Origin: Bacillota bacterium | GTDB lineage: Bacteria; Bacillota; Bacilli; ZCTH02-B2 | Reading direction: 5' to 3' | Length of the DNA: 64,000 nucleotides | Assembly: GCA_017577895.2 (NCBI GenBank) | Contig: PKQY02000003.1 | Span: forward strand, 27,064-91,063 | Shown here: positions 58,028-64,000 of the stretch, one piece after another | How the letters are laid out: every line of letters begins with the position of its first letter | Position numbering within the stretch: position 1 is the stretch's first letter | Notes under the pieces: generated by a model | What the model was told of the DNA's origin: nothing | Database searches by the model: none | The model's input: only the letters and a program-made list of their open reading frames with translations | Position numbers and translations under genes: made by a program

Positions 58028-58867
58028 ATGCCGGAACTGCCGGAAGTGGAAACGTTGCGCCGGGCGTTGGAGCACCGCCTTCAAGGCAAGACGGTCCAGA
58101 CGGTGGTCATTCATTATACCCCATTGGTGCGGCAGCCGTCGGCCGAGGCATTGTCGCAAGTCCTGCCCGGGCAACGGCTGGAAGCGGTCCAGCGGCGAGG
58201 CAAGTATTTGCTCTGGCAATGGACCGACTATACGTTGGTCGTTCATCTGCGCATGGAAGGAAAATTTTGGTTTGGATGGAGCGAGCACGTTCAGGCCAAG
58301 CACGTCCACGCGGTGTTGACGTTCACCGACGGCACGGTCTTGTTGTACCAGGACGTGCGGAAGTTTGGCACGTGGGATTTGGTACCGAAAGGGAAGTTGC
58401 ATTTCGTGCCGGGCCTGGAAAAGCTGGGACCCGAGCCGCTGGCCACCGACTTTACCCCTGAACGGTTGGCTCGTCAACTGGCCGGGCATGCCCGCAGCAT
58501 GATCAAGTCGGCGTTATTGAACCAGCAAGTGGTGGCCGGTCTCGGGAACATTTACGTGGACGAGGCGTTGTTTTTGGCCAAGATTCATCCCGAGCGGCGG
58601 GTGGGCACGTTGCAACGGCGGCACGTGAAGTCCCTTCATGCGGCCATGGTCGACGTCTTGCAGCGGGGATTGGCTGCCGGAGGGGCATCGGTGCGCACCT
58701 ACCGGCATAGCAATGGGGAAGAAGGGGGGTTCCAGCATCAGTTGTCGGTGTACGGACGGGAAGGGGAACCGTGCCGGCGTTGTGGACAGCCCATCCGGCG
58801 CATCGTCGTGGCCGGCCGGGGAACTCACTTTTGCCCCCGTTGCCAGCGGTTGCCAAGAAGCCGGTAA
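58028..58867 (+). CDS. mutM: Formamidopyrimidine-DNA glycosylase
   Basis: MPELPEVETLRR N-terminus and the C-terminal zinc finger CRRCGQPI...GRGTHFCPRCQ. Confidence 0.95.
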   Translation: MPELPEVETLRRALEHRLQGKTVQTVVIHYTPLVRQPSAEALSQVLPGQRLEAVQRRGKYLLWQWTDYTLVVHLRMEGKFWFGWSEHVQAKHVHAVLTFTDGTVLLYQDVRKFGTWDLVPKGKLHFVPGLEKLGPEPLATDFTPERLARQLAGHARSMIKSALLNQQVVAGLGNIYVDEALFLAKIHPERRVGTLQRRHVKSLHAAMVDVLQRGLAAGGASVRTYRHSNGEEGGFQHQLSVYGREGEPCRRCGQPIRRIVVAGRGTHFCPRCQRLPRSR

Positions 58868-58925
58868 CCACACCGCCCACTCCTTCATACGATGGGGAGA
58901 ACATCGGTATGAAGGAGGCAAAGCG

Positions 58926-59630
58926 GTGGCGCTGTTATCCGTCTTTTTGTTGTCGCTGGCGGTCAGCTTGGACAGCTTTACGGTCGGGGCCACGTACGGC
59001 TTGCGGCACATCCGCATTCCGGTGCGCTCGGTGTTGGTGATTGCCGCTTGTTCGTTTGGCATGGTGCTCGCCATCATGACCGTCGGCGGCTGGCTGGTGG
59101 GATGGATGGCACCGGTGTGGGGGAAACGCATCGGGGCTTTGATCTTGTGTCTCATCGGGTTATGGTCTCTGTGGAACGTGCGGCGGGCCGTACAGGAAGA
59201 ACGGGAACCGTTAGCCTCGGTGACGCCGGAGCAGCTGCCGTCGGCGTTGTCGACCCCGTCGCCAAATACCCATCGTCGGGATGACCGTCGCTGGCGCCCC
59301 TTGTGGGAAATTCAATTGTTCGGCTACGTCATTCGCGTGTTGAAAAAACCGGACATGGCCGATATGGATCGCTCTGGGACGATTTCCGCCGCCGAGGCGC
59401 TTTTGCTCGGATTGGCCTTGTCCCTCGATGCCATGGGGGCCGGCATCGGGGCCGTCATGGTCGGGTTTTCGCCGTGGCTGACCGCCCTTTGCATCGGCGG
59501 TTTCTGCTGTCTGTTTTTGTTGGCCGGATTGCGGACCGGATTGCGGCTGGCGGACTGGAAGTGGATGCGGCAGGCGTCGTTTTTGCCGGGCGTGTTGTTG
59601 CTGTTGCTCGGCTTTTCCAAATTGTTTTAG
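58926..59630 (+). CDS. ytaF: Sporulation membrane protein YtaF (MntP-like fold)
   Basis: LLSLAVSLDSFTVGATYGLR and LLLGLALSLDAMGAGIG repeats. GTG 58926 follows GAAGGAGG. The upstream part of ORF 58638 is not credible. Confidence 0.8.
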   Translation: MALLSVFLLSLAVSLDSFTVGATYGLRHIRIPVRSVLVIAACSFGMVLAIMTVGGWLVGWMAPVWGKRIGALILCLIGLWSLWNVRRAVQEEREPLASVTPEQLPSALSTPSPNTHRRDDRRWRPLWEIQLFGYVIRVLKKPDMADMDRSGTISAAEALLLGLALSLDAMGAGIGAVMVGFSPWLTALCIGGFCCLFLLAGLRTGLRLADWKWMRQASFLPGVLLLLLGFSKLF

Positions 59631-59639
59631 GAAGGATGG

Positions 59640-60275
59640 ATGCGTGTGATCTTTGGCATCACCGGCGGCATTGCCACAGGCAAGAGCACCGTTTCCGCCA
59701 TGTTGCGGAAACGGGGAGCCGTCATCGTTGACGCGGACTACTGGGCCCGGGAAGTGGTGAAACCGGGGAGTGAAGGATGGGCGGCGATACGGCAAGCGTT
59801 CGGCGAGGAGTATTTCCATCCCGACGGCACGTTGAATCGGGAAAAACTCGCGTCCCTCGTCTTTTCTGACGAAGAAGCACGGCAACGACTGAATGCCATC
59901 ACCCACCCTTTGATTCGCCAAAAAATGGACGAGCAGGTGCAGGCGGCCTTGGCGGCCGATCCGGAGGCCGTCGTCGTGTTGGACATCCCCTTGCTCATCG
60001 AATCGATGGTGCAGGAAGGACAACGGCGCGTGGACAAGCTCATTTTGGTGTATGTGCCGCCCTCGATCCAATTGGAACGGTTAATGCACCGCAACGGATT
60101 GAGCCGGGAAGAGGCCGAGAAACGTATTCGGGCCCAGATGCCCATTGATGAGAAACGGCAGTATGCCGATTTTATCATCGATAATTCAGGTTCGTTGGCC
60201 GAAACCGAAGAGCAAGTGGAGCGCCTGATGGGCCAGTTGCGGACCTTGGTGCACCATGCGCGTGGTCAAAAATAA
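59640..60275 (+). CDS. coaE: Dephospho-CoA kinase
   Basis: IFGITGGIATGKSTV P-loop. 211 aa. Confidence 0.9.
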   Translation: MRVIFGITGGIATGKSTVSAMLRKRGAVIVDADYWAREVVKPGSEGWAAIRQAFGEEYFHPDGTLNREKLASLVFSDEEARQRLNAITHPLIRQKMDEQVQAALAADPEAVVVLDIPLLIESMVQEGQRRVDKLILVYVPPSIQLERLMHRNGLSREEAEKRIRAQMPIDEKRQYADFIIDNSGSLAETEEQVERLMGQLRTLVHHARGQK

Positions 60276-60903
60276 GCGGTTTTGGGTGGCGGTCGCTCTC
60301 CTGGCCGGTCTTTTGTTGGTGTATTCGGCGACGTATCAACGGCTGGCTTTTCCTATGCACTACCGGGATGAAATATGGCAAGCGGCCGCCAAATACGACG
60401 TCAGTCCGTACTTGGTGGCGGCCATCATCCAGTCGGAGAGCCGGTACAACAAAGATGCCCGTTCCAAAAAAGGGGCCTTAGGTTTGATGCAATTGATGCC
60501 GGAAACCGCCAAGTGGGCGTTGCTGCAAATGGGTTACTCGGAAGCGGCTGAGGAGTTTTTGCACGATCCGTCGTTGAACATCGAAGTCGGCACTTGGTAT
60601 TTGCGCTGGCTGTTGGATTATTACCAGGGAAATTGGCCCTTGGCCATCGCCGCTTACAATGCGGGCCAAGGCGTTGTCGACCGGTGGCTTCGGGAAGGGC
60701 AGTGGGACGGCCGAGCGGATACCGTGGACCAAATTCCGTATCCGGAAACCCGCCGCTATGTCCGGAAGGTGCTTTACTATTATCAAAAGTACCGGCACAT
60801 TTATCGCGATGCGTCTGTCACACCGGATTATTCCGCCAAGCCCGTGGATGGCGAAAAGGTTGGTTTGCAATATACCGTTAAAGGAGAAAATGTGCTATAC
60901 TAA
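60256..60903 (+). CDS. Lytic transglycosylase (SLT domain) with an N-terminal membrane anchor
   Basis: AAIIQSESRYNKDARSKKGALGLMQLMPETA and AYNAGQG motifs. Confidence 0.85.
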   Translation: MRVVKNKRFWVAVALLAGLLLVYSATYQRLAFPMHYRDEIWQAAAKYDVSPYLVAAIIQSESRYNKDARSKKGALGLMQLMPETAKWALLQMGYSEAAEEFLHDPSLNIEVGTWYLRWLLDYYQGNWPLAIAAYNAGQGVVDRWLREGQWDGRADTVDQIPYPETRRYVRKVLYYYQKYRHIYRDASVTPDYSAKPVDGEKVGLQYTVKGENVLY

Positions 60904-60958
60904 ATGTGCCTTTCATAGGATTTAGTGTGTAATAATTGGTGAGGGGTGTAAATCGGAG

Positions 60959-62014
60959 ATGGGGATCAGGGTAGCGATCAACGGGTTTGGGCGGATTGGA
61001 CGGATGGTGTTCCGGCGGGCACAAGCGTTTGACGACATTGAAATCGTGGCCGTCAATGCCAGTTATCCGGCCGAAACGTTGGCTCATTTAGTGAAGTACG
61101 ATTCGGTGCATGGCACGTGGGACCGCACGATCCGGGCCGATGGCGACGCCTTGGTGGTGGAAGGGCGGCGGGTGCAATTGGTGTCCGAACGGGATCCGAG
61201 CCGCCTGCCGTGGCGCGAGCTGGATATTGACGTGGTGGTGGAAGCGACCGGCAAGTTTCGCGATCGGGAAGGAGCGGGCAAGCACCTGGAGGCCGGAGCG
61301 AAAAAAGTGCTGATTACCGCCCCGGGCAAGGACGAAGACTTTACGTTGGTCATGGGGGTCAACCACCAACTGTACGATCCCGAGCGCCATCACATTGTCT
61401 CCAACGCATCGTGCACGACGACGTGTCTGGCGCCGGTGGCCAAGGTGCTGCATGAAGCCTTCGGCATCCGGGAAGGCCTGATGACGACGGTGCATAGCTT
61501 TACCAACGACCAAAAACCTTTGGACAACCCCCACAAAGATTTGCGGCGGGCGCGGGCTTCCGGACAGTCCATCGTGCCGACGACGACCGGAGCGGCAAAA
61601 GCGGTGGCCAAAGTGTTGCCGGAGTTGAAAGGGAAGTTGAACGGTTTGGCGTTGCGGGTGCCGACGCCCAACGTTTCCGTTGTCGACCTGGTGGTTGATT
61701 TAGAAAAGCCGGCCACGGCGGAAGACGTCAATCGCGTGCTGAAAGAAGCGGCCGAGACGACCATGAAAGGGTACATTGAATACACGGAAGAGCCCCTCGT
61801 TTCCGTCGACTTTATCGGCAACCCCCATTCGGCCATTGTGGACGGCCTTTCGACCATGGCCATCGGCGAAAGCAAAGTGAAAGTGTTGGCGTGGTACGAC
61901 AACGAGTGGGGTTATTCCTGCAGGGTGGTGGAAGCGGTCCAGCACATCGCGCGTCACTTGGCCAATGCGGCGGGCTCGGAAACGGCGGCAGTGGCTTCCA
62001 CGGGCGCACGTTAA
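60959..62014 (+). CDS. gapB: Glyceraldehyde-3-phosphate dehydrogenase (GapB by position)
   Basis: INGFGRIGR and SNASCTTTCLAP motifs. It lies between coaE and nrdR, as B. subtilis gapB does. Confidence 0.9.
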   Translation: MGIRVAINGFGRIGRMVFRRAQAFDDIEIVAVNASYPAETLAHLVKYDSVHGTWDRTIRADGDALVVEGRRVQLVSERDPSRLPWRELDIDVVVEATGKFRDREGAGKHLEAGAKKVLITAPGKDEDFTLVMGVNHQLYDPERHHIVSNASCTTTCLAPVAKVLHEAFGIREGLMTTVHSFTNDQKPLDNPHKDLRRARASGQSIVPTTTGAAKAVAKVLPELKGKLNGLALRVPTPNVSVVDLVVDLEKPATAEDVNRVLKEAAETTMKGYIEYTEEPLVSVDFIGNPHSAIVDGLSTMAIGESKVKVLAWYDNEWGYSCRVVEAVQHIARHLANAAGSETAAVASTGAR

Positions 62015-62058
62015 CGAGAGGTCGAACTGTTGTTCAGAAGGTTGTTCAAAAGATGACT

Positions 62059-62088
62059 GGCGGGCGTTTCAGTATGCCCGCCTTTTCT
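62059..62088 (+). terminator. Intrinsic terminator after gapB
   Basis: ggcgggc-gtttcagtat-gcccgcc followed by TTTTCT. Confidence 0.7.
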
Positions 62089-62155
62089 GTCCTATTGACG
62101 GAATCGACGGGATCAGACAAACTATACCCATGAAACGAGATGGAGCTGACGGGTC

Positions 62156-62653
62156 ATGCGCTGTCCGTATTGTCAACACATGGGAAGCCGAGTTCTCGAT
62201 TCCCGTCCGTTTAACGACGGCAAGTCCATTCGCCGCCGCCGCGAATGCGAAAAGTGTCATCGCCGCTTTACCACTTTTGAAACAGTGGAAGAGGCGCCGT
62301 TGTACGTTATCAAAAAGGACGGGTCACGGGAAGAATTCAGCCGGGAGAAATTGCTGCGGGGGATTTTAAAGGCCTGCGAAAAACGCCCCATCCCGATTGA
62401 ACAGCTGGAAACGCTGGTGGACGAGATTGAAAAAGAACTGCGCAGCGTCGTCCAGTCTGAAGTGCCCAGCCGGGAAATCGGTGAAATGGTCATGGAGCGA
62501 TTGTACGACCTGGATGAAGTGGCGTACGTCCGGTTCGCATCGGTGTACCGTCAGTTCAAAGACATTCACGTGTTCATGCAGGAGTTGTCCGAAATGTTGA
62601 ACAGTCCCCGCAAAGGCAAACGAAAAAAGGATGCCGATGTCCGTGAAGAATGA
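62156..62653 (+). CDS. nrdR: Transcriptional repressor NrdR
   Basis: [17 protein letters not shown]...[12 protein letters not shown] zinc ribbon plus an ATP-cone domain. Confidence 0.95.
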   Translation: MRCPYCQHMGSRVLDSRPFNDGKSIRRRRECEKCHRRFTTFETVEEAPLYVIKKDGSREEFSREKLLRGILKACEKRPIPIEQLETLVDEIEKELRSVVQSEVPSREIGEMVMERLYDLDEVAYVRFASVYRQFKDIHVFMQELSEMLNSPRKGKRKKDADVREE

Positions 62654-62680
62654 CCACAGCGACGGGGAGGAGAGCCGGGC

Positions 62681-64000
62681 ATGTGGTCGGTATTTCCGAA
62701 AGATCCGTTTCGCCTGTATGTGGAACGGCCGTTACATTCCGAGGAACAGCAGTCCCTCCTCTTCCTTTACCAACCGTTGGCCGGTGCCGAAGCCATCAAT
62801 TTGTATTTGCTCATGCACGCGCTGGCCGAACGGGAACCGGATGCCCAGTGGCGGCACCGTTTGCTCTTGTCCCTCACCGGGTGGACGATGGACGTGTGGT
62901 TGCAAGCCCGTCATCGGCTGGAAGGACTGGGGTTGTTGCGGTCGTATGCGGAAGAAGGGGAAACGCGGTGCATGCATTACCGATTGCAACTGCCGCTTTC
63001 GCCGCGGCAATTTTTTGCCAGCGATGTGCTGGCCGTCATGTTGTTGAACCGCCTGGGGGAGCCCCAGTATCAGCAGCTGCAGCAGATGTTGTGCCGCCGC
63101 TTTCCGGACGTGCCGGCTTCTTTAAAAGAAGTGAGCCGGGCGTTTCACGACGTGTATTCCCCCTTGTCGCCCAACGATTTGCGACAAGCCGAGACGTTGA
63201 CTACTCCACCACCCGATGACACGGAACCGGAGGTACCGCTGGGGGACTGGTCCTTTGACGTCACGTACATGCGCAGCCGGGTCGGGGCGGTGTTTGGGTT
63301 GGACAAGCATTGGAACCGGCAGACGGAAACCCGCCTCCTGCAACTGGCCCGGCTGTACCGGCTGACAGAAGACGAATTGGCCCGGCTCATCCAAGAGCAT
63401 TTGTTTGCCCGGGATGCCTTTGATTGGGAGCAGTTCCGTCGGGAAGTCGTACGGTGGGCGCAAAGCCGGGCAGCGGTGGCAGCGGAATCGCAAGTCCAGG
63501 ACCAGCCGCCGCAAGAACAAGAACTTGCGGGACTGACGGACGCCCAACGGCACATGCAAGATCTGGAGACCATTTCCCCTTACGCGTTGTTGTACGCATA
63601 CAGTGACGGCGCCAAGGTGGCCGACAGCGACTTGCGGCTCGTCCACAGCCTGCTGGAGGAATACAAGCTGAAACCCGGGGTCGTCAACGTTCTCATCGAA
63701 TACGTCATGTTCACCAACAATTACAAACTGCCCAAGGCGTTGGTGGAAAAGATTGCTAGCCACTGGAAGAGATTGCGCATTGAAACCGTGGCCGATGCCC
63801 AGGCGCTGTGCCGCAAGGAACATCAAATGTACCGCAACTGGCCGTCCAAGGGCAGCGAACGCAAACGGACAGCGCCAGCGGCGGGGACTGAGCCCCGAAC
63901 TCACCGCCGTGTCCAACCCCTGCCCCAGTCGGTGCGCGAACAGTTGATGGCTCCGGACACCCCCCCTCCCTTGAGCGATGAACAACGGCGGCTGCAACAG
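62681..64000 (+). CDS. dnaB: Replication initiation / helicase-loading protein DnaB (Bacillus type), 3' end outside window
   Basis: The frame is open from ATG 62681 (after GGGGAGGAG) to the window edge, so it is not in the ORF track. It reads MWSVFPKDPFRLYVERPLHSEEQQSLLFLYQPLAG...GVVNVLIEYVMFTNNYKLPKALVEKIASHW. It follows nrdR, as in B. subtilis. Confidence 0.8.
   Translation, partial: MWSVFPKDPFRLYVERPLHSEEQQSLLFLYQPLAGAEAINLYLLMHALAEREPDAQWRHRLLLSLTGWTMDVWLQARHRLEGLGLLRSYAEEGETRCMHYRLQLPLSPRQFFASDVLAVMLLNRLGEPQYQQLQQMLCRRFPDVPASLKEVSRAFHDVYSPLSPNDLRQAETLTTPPPDDTEPEVPLGDWSFDVTYMRSRVGAVFGLDKHWNRQTETRLLQLARLYRLTEDELARLIQEHLFARDAFDWEQFRREVVRWAQSRAAVAAESQVQDQPPQEQELAGLTDAQRHMQDLETISPYALLYAYSDGAKVADSDLRLVHSLLEEYKLKPGVVNVLIEYVMFTNNYKLPKALVEKIASHWKRLRIETVADAQALCRKEHQMYRNWPSKGSERKRTAPAAGTEPRTHRRVQPLPQSVREQLMAPDTPPPLSDEQRRLQQ

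Overview
The window is chromosomal backbone from a moderately GC-rich, endospore-forming, Bacillales-like Firmicute. I saw no rRNA, tRNA, CRISPR array, transposase or integrase. About 65 protein genes can be called. Their order follows two well-known Bacillus subtilis blocks. The first is sufB / yunC-yunB-lytH-lipA-yutD-yutE / yutI-sufA-yumC-ndh-yuiB-yuiC-yuiD. The second is ytoI-ytrI-ytrH-dnaE-accDA-pfkA-pyk-ytvI-citZ-icd-mdh-phoPR-polA-mutM-ytaF-coaE-gapB-nrdR-dnaB. Between them lie an S-box-controlled metY-metX pair, a contiguous prkA-yhbH-spoVR trio and a yheB/yheCD-type locus. Three riboswitch-class leaders can be read directly: a T-box ahead of ilvA, a TPP riboswitch ahead of a thiE/tenI-thiS-thiG operon, and a SAM-I riboswitch ahead of metY. 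Sporulation-associated genes are dense (yunB, M23 peptidase, yuiC, prkA, yhbH, spoVR, yheCD-like, ytrH, ytrI, ytvI, ytaF). The best candidate for an undescribed system is at 29556-35011. It is a same-strand, partly overlapping module of four tandem YheC/YheD-type ATP-grasp paralogues in a long-short-long-short order, followed by a GNAT acetyltransferase. All four keep ATP-grasp-like motifs, and a sigma-K-like promoter motif lies upstream. Other points worth a second look:
- a fused two-domain ThyX-like protein with complementary motif decay;
- a near-consensus PerR/Fur-type box over the promoter of the NifU-like gene yutI;
- a Cys-rich COG2345/SufR-like regulator behind three TACNGTA repeats;
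- an apparent Ile-specific T-box on an ilvA that lacks an ACT domain;
- gene-decay scars (a two-component-system remnant and a frameshifted VOC gene);
- several short tandem repeats in intergenic regions.

All functional calls come from reading the translations and motifs by eye. No database search was run.
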